From an uncultured Bacillales bacterium (GTDB lineage Bacteria > Bacillota_I > Bacilli_A > RFN20 > CAG-826), in contig CAMOSZ010000055.1 in NCBI GenBank assembly GCA_946625285.1, positions 1 to 54,460 of the forward strand: a stretch of 54,460 bases of DNA, read 5' to 3'. Positions 19,840-29,811 of the stretch are shown here, piece by piece (the stretch's first letter is position 1; each line of letters opens with the position of its first letter). Under the pieces are notes generated by a model. That model was given only the letters and a program-made list of their open reading frames with translations. It was not told the DNA's origin and did no database searches. Position numbers and translations under genes: made by a program.

Positions 19840-20681
19840 TGGAAGGTATTATTGTCTCAATTAAATATGGAGTCTACGTCGTTAATGTCGATGGAGTTTT
19901 ATATAACACCTCGCCTCGTGGATTATTGAAGTTTAAAGATAAACTTTATGTTGGAGACAAAGTTTTATTAGATGATTCATCTTTCCTTATTCTTGAAGTT
20001 TTTGATCGTCATTCATTGCTTAAAAGACCTCCGATTAGTAACATCGACCAAGCTTTGCTTATCTTTTCTTTAAAAGAACCAGAGTTTTCTTATTATTTGG
20101 CGTTTAAATATCTAACATACGCGAATTTTAATGGTCTAAAAGCTTCTTTAGTTTTAACTAAAGCGGATAAGAGTAATGAAAAAGAGATTGAAGAAATTAA
20201 AGCGGTTTTCTCTAAAATGAATATTCCTGTTTATGCGACTAGCAGTAAAACTAATCAAGGATTAGATGATATTAAATCTCTATTCAAAGACAAGATTTCT
20301 GTTTTAATTGGTCAAAGTGGAGTAGGTAAATCATCTTTGCTAAACGCGATTGATGAATCTTACGAAAGAGAAATTGGAGAATATTCCCTTGCTTTAGGTA
20401 GAGGAAAGCATAAAACCAAAGAAGTAATTTTACTTCCTTATCAAAATGGATATATCGCTGACACTCCTGGTTTCTCGTCTTTAGAATTAGAGATGAATAA
20501 ACTTGAAGTCGCGCAGCATTTCCCAGCATTTGAAAAAGATGCATTAGAATGTTTCTATTCTAATTGTCTTCATATTTCAGAAAAGAATTGTAAAATTAAA
20601 GATAAGGTAGCTAAGGGAGAAATCCCTCAAATCGCCTATGAGAATTATTTAAAGTTATTAGAAGAAGTGGAGAGATATTAA
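19839..20681 (+). CDS. rsgA: Ribosome small-subunit-dependent GTPase RsgA
   Basis: Circularly permuted GTPase (LTKAD then GQSGVGKSSL) with a C-terminal zinc motif (C..C.H....C). Confidence 0.9.
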   Translation: MEGIIVSIKYGVYVVNVDGVLYNTSPRGLLKFKDKLYVGDKVLLDDSSFLILEVFDRHSLLKRPPISNIDQALLIFSLKEPEFSYYLAFKYLTYANFNGLKASLVLTKADKSNEKEIEEIKAVFSKMNIPVYATSSKTNQGLDDIKSLFKDKISVLIGQSGVGKSSLLNAIDESYEREIGEYSLALGRGKHKTKEVILLPYQNGYIADTPGFSSLELEMNKLEVAQHFPAFEKDALECFYSNCLHISEKNCKIKDKVAKGEIPQIAYENYLKLLEEVERY

Positions 20682-21341
20682 ATGAACAAAATATTAGTAG
20701 CCCCATCAATATTAAGTGCTAACTTCAATCACCTTGAAGAAGATATTAAAAAAGTTGAAGAAGGAGGAGCGGACTGGCTTCACTTCGATGTTATGGATGG
20801 ACACTTTGTCCCTAATATTTCTTTTGGGATTCCAGTATTAAAATCAATCGCTCATTCTCACCATATGATTAATGATGTTCACGTGATGATTTCCGATCCA
20901 TTTAAGTACGCTCCTGAATTCATCAAAGCTGGAGCAAATTATTTAACCTTCCATTATGAAGCATGTAAGAGTGATAAAGAGGTTTTTCAAGTCATTGATC
21001 TCATCCATGATTACGGTGCAAAGGCTGGATTATCTGTTAAACCAGGAACACCAATTGAAAAAGTTTATCCATTTTTATACTCCCTCGATTTAGTTTTAGT
21101 GATGTCTGTTGAACCAGGCTTTGGCGGACAAACTTATATCCCTGAATCCTTCACTAAAATTTTTAAACTTAGAGAATATTTAAAGAATAATGAAATCAAA
21201 AATGTCTTAATTGAAGTCGATGGTGGCATCAATGAAGAAACCGCTAAAAACGCTAAATTAGCAGGTGCTGATGTTTTAGTGGCGGGTAGTTATATCTTTG
21301 GCCATGAAGACATTAAAGAAAGAATTGAAAAGCTTAGATGA
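20682..21341 (+). CDS. rpe: Ribulose-phosphate 3-epimerase
   Basis: Motifs APSILSANF, HFDVMDGHFVPN, MSVEPGFGGQ and VDGG. Confidence 0.95.
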   Translation: MNKILVAPSILSANFNHLEEDIKKVEEGGADWLHFDVMDGHFVPNISFGIPVLKSIAHSHHMINDVHVMISDPFKYAPEFIKAGANYLTFHYEACKSDKEVFQVIDLIHDYGAKAGLSVKPGTPIEKVYPFLYSLDLVLVMSVEPGFGGQTYIPESFTKIFKLREYLKNNEIKNVLIEVDGGINEETAKNAKLAGADVLVAGSYIFGHEDIKERIEKLR

Positions 21342-21991
21342 TTACTTACACTCTAGTTGGATTATTATCTTTAACTATTGTCTGTTTAGCTAGTTATCTT
21401 TTTTCTATTAATCTTTTATATAAAAAGAAGAATAAACGAGCGATTAATATTAAGAATCATTTTGGATATGAAATTGTTCCTCAAAAAGGAGAGAATACAT
21501 TTTTTATTAATATCCTTTTATTAATCGCTATGCTTTCTTTTCTTACGGCAACAATATTAAATGTTGTTACTCATTTTGGAGCGTTTAATTTAGTAATTTC
21601 TATTGCCTCTTTATTATTAGTGTTTATTTTAGTAGCCCTTCCATTTATTGATCTTAAATATTTAAAAGAGCATTTATATTTAGATATTGGAATGGTGGTC
21701 TTATTCTTTTTAATTAATGGACTTCTTACTTATTCTTCATATCAAATGTGTAAGGTTTACGATTATAAAAACATTAATGGAATTATTGCTTTAGTGATAA
21801 GCGCAACAATGCTTATTGTCTCACTAGTCTTCTTTATTAACCCAAAGTTATTTAATCTTTCTGGAGATAAACATGAAGATGGAACAGTTACTCGCCCTAA
21901 AGTGATTCACCTCGCTTTAGTGGAGTGGCTTGTAACATTCTTTATCCCAATTCTATTTACTCCAATAATCCTATTATCTACGATAATGTAG
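21338..21991 (+). CDS. Hypothetical polytopic membrane protein (about 6 TM)
   Basis: ORF overlaps the rpe stop by ATGA. Hydrophobic helices run throughout and no family is recognised. Confidence 0.6.
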   Translation: MITYTLVGLLSLTIVCLASYLFSINLLYKKKNKRAINIKNHFGYEIVPQKGENTFFINILLLIAMLSFLTATILNVVTHFGAFNLVISIASLLLVFILVALPFIDLKYLKEHLYLDIGMVVLFFLINGLLTYSSYQMCKVYDYKNINGIIALVISATMLIVSLVFFINPKLFNLSGDKHEDGTVTRPKVIHLALVEWLVTFFIPILFTPIILLSTIM

Positions 21992-21994
21992 ACA

Positions 21995-22025
21995 TAAAAA
22001 AATGACCAAACGGTCATTATTTTAT
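21995..22025. terminator. Bidirectional intrinsic terminator
   Basis: A-run, then AATGACC AAAC GGTCATT (22001-22018), then a T-rich tail. It lies between convergent genes. Confidence 0.7.
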
Positions 22026-22041
22026 TTCAGTTACAATTTAA

Positions 22042-22230
22042 TTATTTCTCGACTTTATTGAGGGTTCTATAAGCACGAGTAGACATACGAACGCGTGTTT
22101 CTTTTCCATCAACTAAGACTGTACGAGTTTGTAAATTTGTATTCCATTTTCTACGAGTAGCTCTTAAAGAATGGGAACGGTTATTACCACTGACTGGTCC
22201 TTTGCCGGTAACTGGACATACTCTTGACAT
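22042..22230 (-). CDS. rpmB: 50S ribosomal protein L28
   Basis: MSRVCPVTGKGPVSGNNRSHSLRATRRKWNTNLQ. SD GGAGG upstream. Confidence 0.95.
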   Translation of the reverse strand: MSRVCPVTGKGPVSGNNRSHSLRATRRKWNTNLQTRTVLVDGKETRVRMSTRAYRTLNKVEK

Positions 22231-22257
22231 ATCGTGACCTCCTTAAGCGTCTTGAAA

Positions 22258-22287
22258 ACTCTATCATATTAAGAGCATTGATTTCAA
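22258..22287 (-). promoter_or_regulatory. Promoter candidate for rpmB
   Basis: On the minus strand: TTGAAA (22282-22287), 18-nt spacer, TAGAGT (22258-22263). Confidence 0.4.
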
Positions 22288-22303
22288 TAATTATTTTGAA
22301 TAA

Positions 22304-22783
22304 TTAGTATCTTTCTTCTGGATGCTTACTTCTAAATTCACTAACAGTGAGGGTGTTTGGACACTTTTTTCGTAGTGTTTCAAGTAACTTTCCGTCTTTA
22401 TCTCCGAGAAGAAATCTCATCTTAGCTTTTGGAGAATAGAAGATTACTTGGCGTTTCTTTTCGCTCTGTTCAAAATCAACGAATTCAATATTGTCATAAT
22501 TAAATTCAATCTCTCTTCCAAATCTTTTTATGACAAAATATTTGTCCTCAATCACGTAATAATACGAAACGATTGAGAATATATAAATTCCAATAACAGA
22601 AACACCTAAAACGATCACATAAACAAAATGCGATGGTCCCCAAGGGTAAACGGAGATGGTTCCATTTTCGGCGCTGAAGTCAAAGAAAATAGAAAAGAAC
22701 ATAGCTAGAGAAGCGGCTGAAACAATAACCGCGACTAGTATATATCTCCAAGTAATACTCCAAATAGATGGTCTAACTTTCAT
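22304..22783 (-). CDS. Hypothetical membrane protein (2 TM plus a small cytoplasmic domain)
   Basis: 159-aa ORF with two clear hydrophobic helices and a charged C-terminal domain. No family assigned. Confidence 0.55.
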   Translation of the reverse strand: MKVRPSIWSITWRYILVAVIVSAASLAMFFSIFFDFSAENGTISVYPWGPSHFVYVIVLGVSVIGIYIFSIVSYYYVIEDKYFVIKRFGREIEFNYDNIEFVDFEQSEKKRQVIFYSPKAKMRFLLGDKDGKLLETLRKKCPNTLTVSEFRSKHPEERY

Positions 22784-22961
22784 TGTGTTTATTTTAACTC
22801 AAAAGAGTCAAAATAGGAATAAAATATAATTAATAACCTACAACAACTAAAAATCATTCAAAAAAATAGTAAAGTATTTAAAAATCAATATAAATAAATA
22901 AAATTTATTTTCTTCATAAAATAGTCTGCAAGTAGTATCATTAAATTACGGAGGAGAAAAT

Positions 22962-24095
22962 ATGCCAAGTAAAAACAAAGTTGTTGCAATGATTCTTGCT
23001 GGTGGTAAAGGAACTAGACTTGAATCATTAACAAAGAAAACCGCAAAGCCTGCAGTTTCTTTTGCAGCAAAATACCGTATTATTGATTTCCCATTATCTA
23101 ACTGCGCAAATACCGGCATTAACGTTGTCGGTGTTTTGATGCAATATGAATCTACTTATCTTGATTCCTATATTGGTAATGGAAAGAAGTGGGGACTTAA
23201 TGGAGTTCACTGCTTAATGTCAACCCTAGCGCCAAGACAAACAGAACAAGGAGCCAACTGGTATAAAGGTACTGCCGATGCTATTGCCCAAAATATCGAC
23301 TTCCTTGATGCTGCTGATCCTGAATATGTTGTTATCCTTTCTGGAGACCATATTTATAAGACAACTTATACAGATATGATTGAACTTCACGAGAAAAGTG
23401 GAGCAGATGTCACTATTTCTGTTATTGAAGTTGATCCTAAAGAAGCTAGTAGATTTGGAATTATGGTTGTTGATGAAAATGATAATATCATTCAATTCCA
23501 AGAAAAACCTAAAAACCCAATCTCTAATTTAGCGAGTATGGGCGTCTATGTATTCACATGGAAAACATTAAAAGAATATCTTATTAAAGATGCTAAAGAT
23601 GAAAATAGTGATCATGACTTTGGTAAGAATATTATTCCAAATATGCTTAATGATAAGAAAAAACTTAAAGCTTATCGTTTCAAAGGATATTGGAGAGATG
23701 TTGGAACACTTGCTTCATTGCATGAAGCCAACATGGATGTCGCTTTAGATAAGTTAGAACTTAATCTATATGATGAAGATCGCACAAACCGTGTCTACAC
23801 GGAAGATGTCTATAGCGTTCCTCAATACGTTGGTAAAAAAGGAAAAATTACTAGAAGTATTGCTAATCAAGGCGCGATTATTCTTGGTAATGTTGACTCT
23901 TCAGTTATTTCAACAAAAGTCTTAATTGAAAGCGAGACAGTTGTTACTCGCTGCGTCGTCATGGAAGGCTCAACTATTAAAAGAGGTGCGAAAGTGCATA
24001 ACGCAATCATCGCCCCAAATAGTGTGATTCCAGAAAATAGCAAAATCAATTTAGGAAACGACAATGTCGTTTTGATTGATACCGCAAATAAATAG
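22962..24095 (+). CDS. glgC: Glucose-1-phosphate adenylyltransferase, catalytic subunit
   Basis: Motifs LAGGKGTRL, RIIDFPLSNC and WYKGTADA. SD GGAGGAG upstream. Confidence 0.93.
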   Translation: MPSKNKVVAMILAGGKGTRLESLTKKTAKPAVSFAAKYRIIDFPLSNCANTGINVVGVLMQYESTYLDSYIGNGKKWGLNGVHCLMSTLAPRQTEQGANWYKGTADAIAQNIDFLDAADPEYVVILSGDHIYKTTYTDMIELHEKSGADVTISVIEVDPKEASRFGIMVVDENDNIIQFQEKPKNPISNLASMGVYVFTWKTLKEYLIKDAKDENSDHDFGKNIIPNMLNDKKKLKAYRFKGYWRDVGTLASLHEANMDVALDKLELNLYDEDRTNRVYTEDVYSVPQYVGKKGKITRSIANQGAIILGNVDSSVISTKVLIESETVVTRCVVMEGSTIKRGAKVHNAIIAPNSVIPENSKINLGNDNVVLIDTANK

Positions 24096-24107
24096 GAGGA
24101 CAAGAAA

Positions 24108-25223
24108 ATGAGTAAAGTTATTGGAATTTGTAATTTACATAACGAACCAAATATTGGCGAATTAACAAACTCTCGTCCTCTTGCAGTTGTTTCCTTTTTA
24201 GGAAGATATGGCATTATTGATTTTGCTTTATCTAACTTCACCAATTCTCACATTGATAAGATTTATGTTTTAGTGAGAAGAGGTATTGTCGGATTAAGAA
24301 GACATATCGGCAGTGATTCTATTTGGACAAGAAACACAAAATTAGGACATGTTGAACTCTTATTAAATGAAAAAGGTTTATCAAATCAACCATTCAACAC
24401 TGATATTAATAATATTAAGAATGGTCTTGATATCGATAACCTCGATTTTGATTATGCAGTTATCGCTCCAACCCATATGCTTTCTAGCATGGACTATCGA
24501 CCAATCATTGAAGCTCACGAAAAGAGTGGCGCTCAAGTGACTGCGGTTTATAAACATACCTCAGAAGCAAATAAGGAATATTTAGGATGCGATAAATATA
24601 AATTTAACGCTGATGGAACTATTTCCTCGGTGAAGAGAAACATCGGAAGAACTGATGAAGCTGATATTTCTTTAAGCACATTTATTATTAATAAAAGAAC
24701 ACTTAGAAAGATCCTTAATGATTCTTCCAAGATTTCTCAACTATACACAATTCAAGACATGCTTAACTTCTATATTGATGAAGATACAATCAAAGTTCAT
24801 GCCTATGAATTTGGTGGAATGGTGGTTCCAATTCTTACATTAGAAGATTATGTCAATAAATCATTAGGTTTGCTTAATTATCATATAAGAAACCAATTAT
24901 TCTTACCGGATTGGCCAATCTATACATCAACTCACAATACTCCTCCAGCCTTGTATGGCAAGGACGCTGATGTTTCTAATAGCTTCGTTGCTAATGGAGC
25001 TATTATCAAAGGTAAAGTTCAAGACAGTATTATTTCTCGTGAAGTTGTTGTAGAAAAAGGCGCAGAAGTGAAAAACTGTATCATCTTCTCTAAAGCAACT
25101 ATTGGAAGAGATGTCAAACTCACCAAAGTTGTTGCGGATAAAGGTGTCCAAATTGTTAATACAAAAAAATTAAGTGGCGCAAATGATGACTTTGTCGTCT
25201 TACCACTAGGAGCTAAAATTTAA
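24108..25223 (+). CDS. glgD: Glucose-1-phosphate adenylyltransferase, regulatory subunit GlgD
   Basis: Paralog of GlgC lacking the GGxGxRL motif (RPLAVVSFLGRYGIIDFALSN), sitting between glgC and glgA. Confidence 0.85.
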   Translation: MSKVIGICNLHNEPNIGELTNSRPLAVVSFLGRYGIIDFALSNFTNSHIDKIYVLVRRGIVGLRRHIGSDSIWTRNTKLGHVELLLNEKGLSNQPFNTDINNIKNGLDIDNLDFDYAVIAPTHMLSSMDYRPIIEAHEKSGAQVTAVYKHTSEANKEYLGCDKYKFNADGTISSVKRNIGRTDEADISLSTFIINKRTLRKILNDSSKISQLYTIQDMLNFYIDEDTIKVHAYEFGGMVVPILTLEDYVNKSLGLLNYHIRNQLFLPDWPIYTSTHNTPPALYGKDADVSNSFVANGAIIKGKVQDSIISREVVVEKGAEVKNCIIFSKATIGRDVKLTKVVADKGVQIVNTKKLSGANDDFVVLPLGAKI

Positions 25224-26650
25224 TGAAAATCGCAATGGTCTGTTCAGAAGCTAATCCATTTGTAAAAACTGGTGGACTAGCAGATGTTACTTACTCATTA
25301 AGTAAAGAAATGGTGAAACTCGGGGAAGAGGTTGTTATCGTTCTTCCTTTATATAACAAAATCAAATCTCAAGGTCTCAATCTTGAATTTGTCACTGTTA
25401 TCGAGGCTAACTTAAGTTGGAGACATGAAACATCTAATGTCTTCAAATGCACTAAAGATGGCATTACTTACTATTTCTTAGAAAATAGACATTATTTTGA
25501 AAGAGATAATATTTATGGATATGACGATGATGGAGAACGCTTTGCGTTTTATACCATTGCAGTCGCTAATTTGTTCCAAAAAATCAAATATCGCCCTGAT
25601 ATTATCCACGCTCATGATTGGCAACCTGGAATGCTTTTCTGTTATATCAGAGAAAACCATTTGGATTTCTATAAGAAAACTAAATTTGTCTTCTCTATTC
25701 ATAATCCTGCTTTCCAAGGTATTATTGACCGTTATGCTTTAGGAGATTTATACAATCTTCCAGATCACTTATATATCAGTGGTCAAGTTGAATTCGGTGG
25801 TCGAGTCTCAACTTTAAAAGCGGCAATTATGTACGCTGATAAGATTACAACTGTTTCTCCTAACCATCGTAGCGAACTTCTTACTCCAGAAGGAAGTATG
25901 GGACTTAACAATGTTCTTTGCTTTAGGGAATATGACTTCTGTGGATTCCTTAATGGAATTGACTACGAAGAATTCAATCCAGCTAAAGATGAATATATCG
26001 CTAAAGAATATGGCTTAAGAAACTATGTTTCTGGTAAAAAAGAAAACAAACGTGCTCTTCTTAGAAGATTTGAACTTGAAGGAGAAGATGTACCTTTATA
26101 TTCACTAGTCAGTAGAATCACTTGGCAAAAGGGAATGAATCTTGTCTTCTCCGCTTGCCGTGAATTAGCTCGTCGAGGAGTTAATATTATTCTTCTTGGT
26201 AGTGGTGAATATGCTTGTGAACAAGAGATGGAAAAACTCCATCAAGAATTCCCAAATCATATTGGGGTTTATATTGGCTATAACAACGCTCTTGCTCACC
26301 AAGTATATGCGGGAAGTGATTTCTTCATGATGCCTTCCTTATTTGAACCATGTGGCTTGGGGCAAATGATTGCCCAAAGATATGGTACTCTTCCAATTGT
26401 AAGAAGAACTGGTGGTCTAAAAGACTCAGTTATCAATTATGATGGAGGAAACAAAGATACAAGTAATGGCTTTGGATTTGACGCTTTTAGCGAGTGGGAT
26501 ATGATTCAAACTTGTTTATACGCGTTAGATGTATATAATAATCAACCAGAGACATTTAAATTATTAGTCAAAAATGCTCTTAAAACTGATAACAGTTGGG
26601 GTAAGAGCGCTCAACAATATCACGGATTATACAAATCTTTGATTGAGTAA
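25223..26650 (+). CDS. glgA: Glycogen (starch) synthase, ADP-glucose type
   Basis: N-terminal SEANPFVKTGGLADV (KTGGL motif) and a GT5 C-terminal domain (PSLFEPCGL). Confidence 0.93.
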   Translation: MKIAMVCSEANPFVKTGGLADVTYSLSKEMVKLGEEVVIVLPLYNKIKSQGLNLEFVTVIEANLSWRHETSNVFKCTKDGITYYFLENRHYFERDNIYGYDDDGERFAFYTIAVANLFQKIKYRPDIIHAHDWQPGMLFCYIRENHLDFYKKTKFVFSIHNPAFQGIIDRYALGDLYNLPDHLYISGQVEFGGRVSTLKAAIMYADKITTVSPNHRSELLTPEGSMGLNNVLCFREYDFCGFLNGIDYEEFNPAKDEYIAKEYGLRNYVSGKKENKRALLRRFELEGEDVPLYSLVSRITWQKGMNLVFSACRELARRGVNIILLGSGEYACEQEMEKLHQEFPNHIGVYIGYNNALAHQVYAGSDFFMMPSLFEPCGLGQMIAQRYGTLPIVRRTGGLKDSVINYDGGNKDTSNGFGFDAFSEWDMIQTCLYALDVYNNQPETFKLLVKNALKTDNSWGKSAQQYHGLYKSLIE

Positions 26651-26668
26651 CGACATAGAGGTGAAATT

Positions 26669-29074
26669 ATGGGATATGATTACAAAAAAATAGAACCAAA
26701 ATGGCAAAAGGTTTGGGAAGATAACAAAACATATGCGTGTGACGTATATGATTTCTCCAAACCAAAATATTACATTCTTGATATGTTTCCTTACCCAAGT
26801 GGTCAAGGTTTACACGTCGGACACCCTGAAGGCTATACCGCTAGTGACGTTTTAGCAAGAATGAAAAGAATGCAAGGATTTAACGTCCTTCATCCAATGG
26901 GATGGGATTCTTTTGGTTTACCTGCTGAACAATATGCGATGAAAACTAATCAACATCCTTCAATTATCACCGAAAAGAACATCAACAATTTCAGAAGACA
27001 AATCAAATCACTTGGTTTCTCTTATGACTGGAATAGAGAGATTGCCACTAGTGACCCAACATATTACAAATGGACACAATGGATCTTTTTAAAACTTTAT
27101 GATGCAGGATTAGCGTATATCGATTATCGCCCTGTTAATTTCTGTCCAACTTTAGGTACAGTTTTAGCTAATGAAGAAGTAATTGATGGTAAAAGCGAAG
27201 TTGGCGGATATCCAGTTATTAGAAAGCCAATGAGACAATGGTTACTTAGAATCACTAAGTACGCGGATAAATTATTGGATGGATTAAATGGTCTTGATTG
27301 GCCTATTTCCACTCTTGAAATGCAAAAGAACTGGATTGGTAGATCAACTGGTGCTAAGGTCACCTTTAAGATTAAAGATACCGATTTAAGTTTTGATGTA
27401 TTTACAACTAGAGTTGATACACTTTATGGCTGTTCTTATTGTGTTTTAGCGCCAGAACATCCATTAGTGAAAGAAATCACCACCAAAGAACAAGCTAAAG
27501 ATGTTGAAGCCTATCTTAAGATGGTGGAAAGTAAATCTGACTTAGAAAGAACCGAACTTAATAAAGATAAGACTGGTGTCTTTATTGGTAGATACGCAAT
27601 TAATCCAATTAACGGAAAAGAAGTTCCAATCTATATTGGAGACTATGTTTTAGCAAGTTATGGTAGTGGCGCTGTTATGGCAGTTCCTGCTCACGATGAA
27701 AGAGATTACGCATTTGCTAAAAAATACAATTTACCAATTCATCAAGTCCTTGAAGGCGACATCTCTACTAACGCCTTTACTGGAGATGCTCCACATATCA
27801 ATAGTGACATTGCTAACGGAATGAATATTAAAGATGCCAAAGAAGCAATCTTAAATAAACTTATCGCTGAAGGCAATGGTGAAAAGCAAGTTAATTATAA
27901 ATTAAGAGACTGGTTATTCTCCCGTCAAAGGTATTGGGGTGAACCAATCCCAATTATCATCAAAGATGATAAATCACTTGTTCCTCTTTCAACTTATGAT
28001 CTTCCACTTGTTTTACCAGAGATGGAAGAATATAAGCCAAGTGGCACAGGAGAATCTCCATTAGCAAATGCTAAAGAATGGCTTAAAGTCACCTTAGCGG
28101 ATGGAAGTTATGGTACTAGAGAAACTAATGTTATGCCTCAATGGGCTGGAAGTTGTTGGTACTATATCCGTTATATTGATCCACATAACGATAAAGAACT
28201 TGGCGACAAGAAATTGTTAGATCACTGGTTACCAGTTGATTTATATATCGGTGGAGCTGAACACGCTGTTCTCCACTTGCTTTATGCTCGTTTCTGGCAT
28301 AAGTTCCTTTATGACCAAGGAATCGTCTCTACACCAGAACCATTTAAAAAATTATTCCACCAAGGAATGATTTTAGGCAGTAATGGTGAAAAGATGTCTA
28401 AGAGCCGTGGAAACGTTATTAATCCAGATGATGTTGTCGCTAATTATGGTGCTGATTCTCTTAGATTATATGAAATGTTTATGGGGCCACTTGAAGCCTC
28501 TTTACCGTGGAGTGATACAGGCTTAGATGGTGCTAAAAAATATTTAGATAGAGTTTATCGTTTATTCTCCGAAAAAGAATTCTTAGATAAATACACAAAT
28601 GAAAATGATGGCAAGTTAGATTATATCTATAACTTCTCTATCAAAAAGATTACCCAAGATTTTGAGGCGTTGAAGTTTAATACTGCAATTAGCCAAATGA
28701 TGGTGTTCACAAACGAACTCTATAAGAGTGAAAAACTTTATGTTCCTTATTTAGAAGGATTCGTTAAGGCTCTTGCGTGTATTGCACCTCACTTAGGCGA
28801 AGAAATTTGGGAAATGTTAGGCCATAAAGAATTCATTGATTTTGAAGCATGGCCAACATATGACGAAAGCAAAATTGTCTTAGACACAATTAAAGTTGCG
28901 GTTTCAGTAAATGGAAAACTTCGTGCAACAATCGATGTCAAACCAGACTTGTCTGATAAAGAAATGGAAGACATCGCTTTAGCTCAAGAAGCGGTCCAAA
29001 GACACACCGAAGGTAAGACAATCAAAAAGGTTATCGTTGTTAAGAACAAGATTGTTAACATTGTTGCAATATGA
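26669..29074 (+). CDS. leuS: Leucyl-tRNA synthetase
   Basis: HVGH (HIGH) and KMSKS motifs, 801 aa. Confidence 0.98.
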   Translation: MGYDYKKIEPKWQKVWEDNKTYACDVYDFSKPKYYILDMFPYPSGQGLHVGHPEGYTASDVLARMKRMQGFNVLHPMGWDSFGLPAEQYAMKTNQHPSIITEKNINNFRRQIKSLGFSYDWNREIATSDPTYYKWTQWIFLKLYDAGLAYIDYRPVNFCPTLGTVLANEEVIDGKSEVGGYPVIRKPMRQWLLRITKYADKLLDGLNGLDWPISTLEMQKNWIGRSTGAKVTFKIKDTDLSFDVFTTRVDTLYGCSYCVLAPEHPLVKEITTKEQAKDVEAYLKMVESKSDLERTELNKDKTGVFIGRYAINPINGKEVPIYIGDYVLASYGSGAVMAVPAHDERDYAFAKKYNLPIHQVLEGDISTNAFTGDAPHINSDIANGMNIKDAKEAILNKLIAEGNGEKQVNYKLRDWLFSRQRYWGEPIPIIIKDDKSLVPLSTYDLPLVLPEMEEYKPSGTGESPLANAKEWLKVTLADGSYGTRETNVMPQWAGSCWYYIRYIDPHNDKELGDKKLLDHWLPVDLYIGGAEHAVLHLLYARFWHKFLYDQGIVSTPEPFKKLFHQGMILGSNGEKMSKSRGNVINPDDVVANYGADSLRLYEMFMGPLEASLPWSDTGLDGAKKYLDRVYRLFSEKEFLDKYTNENDGKLDYIYNFSIKKITQDFEALKFNTAISQMMVFTNELYKSEKLYVPYLEGFVKALACIAPHLGEEIWEMLGHKEFIDFEAWPTYDESKIVLDTIKVAVSVNGKLRATIDVKPDLSDKEMEDIALAQEAVQRHTEGKTIKKVIVVKNKIVNIVAI

Positions 29075-29811
29075 AAATTGTCATAGATATCGGTAATACA
29101 GCATCTAAATTTGGATGCGTCAATAATGGCGTATTTTCCTTTTTAGGTCGTCTATATAACCATGATGTTAACTTAAAAAATGTTAAGAATATCTTTAAAG
29201 ATATTAATGGAGTAGAAGGAGTTTATGTTTCTTCTGTTGCTCCAAAAATATGCAATCTTATTGCTCAAATCTTTAAAGATTTGTATAATCTTGAAGTTCG
29301 TCTAGTTTCATCTAGCATGTCTTCTCATGTTCAACTTGCTATTGATAACAAAGATGAACTCGGAACAGATTTATATTGTGACTTAGTAGCAGCTTACGAG
29401 GTTAGCGGAGCAAAAACTGCAATTGTCGATTTTGGTACAGCCACTAAAATCTTGTTCATTGATGAGAATGGAAGTTTCTCAAGCTGCGCCATTTTCTTAG
29501 GATATGAAAAAAGCAAAAATATCTTAAGTAAATCTACTGAGCTTCTTCCAGATCCTGCTCATCAAAAAATTCTCCCAATTAGTGAATGTCATAATACTGT
29601 TGACGTCATTAATTCCAGTGCATATTATTCGCAATTATTCACAATTAATGGAATAATTGATGAGTATGAGAAGGAAGTGGGGTATTCTCTTAAGAGAATT
29701 TACACTGGTGGAAATGCAAAAGACTTCCTCTCAAACATTAACGAAAATGAATATGACGAGAACCTAGTTCTTAAAGGAATTATGATTCTCATAGAAAGCG
29801 TACAAAAATGA
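29071..29811 (+). CDS. coaX: Type III pantothenate kinase
   Basis: N-terminal [13 protein letters not shown]-fold motif, 246 aa. ATGA overlap with leuS. Confidence 0.8.
   Translation: MKIVIDIGNTASKFGCVNNGVFSFLGRLYNHDVNLKNVKNIFKDINGVEGVYVSSVAPKICNLIAQIFKDLYNLEVRLVSSSMSSHVQLAIDNKDELGTDLYCDLVAAYEVSGAKTAIVDFGTATKILFIDENGSFSSCAIFLGYEKSKNILSKSTELLPDPAHQKILPISECHNTVDVINSSAYYSQLFTINGIIDEYEKEVGYSLKRIYTGGNAKDFLSNINENEYDENLVLKGIMILIESVQK

Noticed and set aside
29808-29811. Possibility of Mycoplasma-type recoding (TGA = Trp).
   Set aside because: TGA terminates several well-conserved genes exactly at ATGA overlaps (coaX/pepV, trmB/next gene, rpe/next gene, nifZ/thiI). Trp is encoded by TGG throughout.
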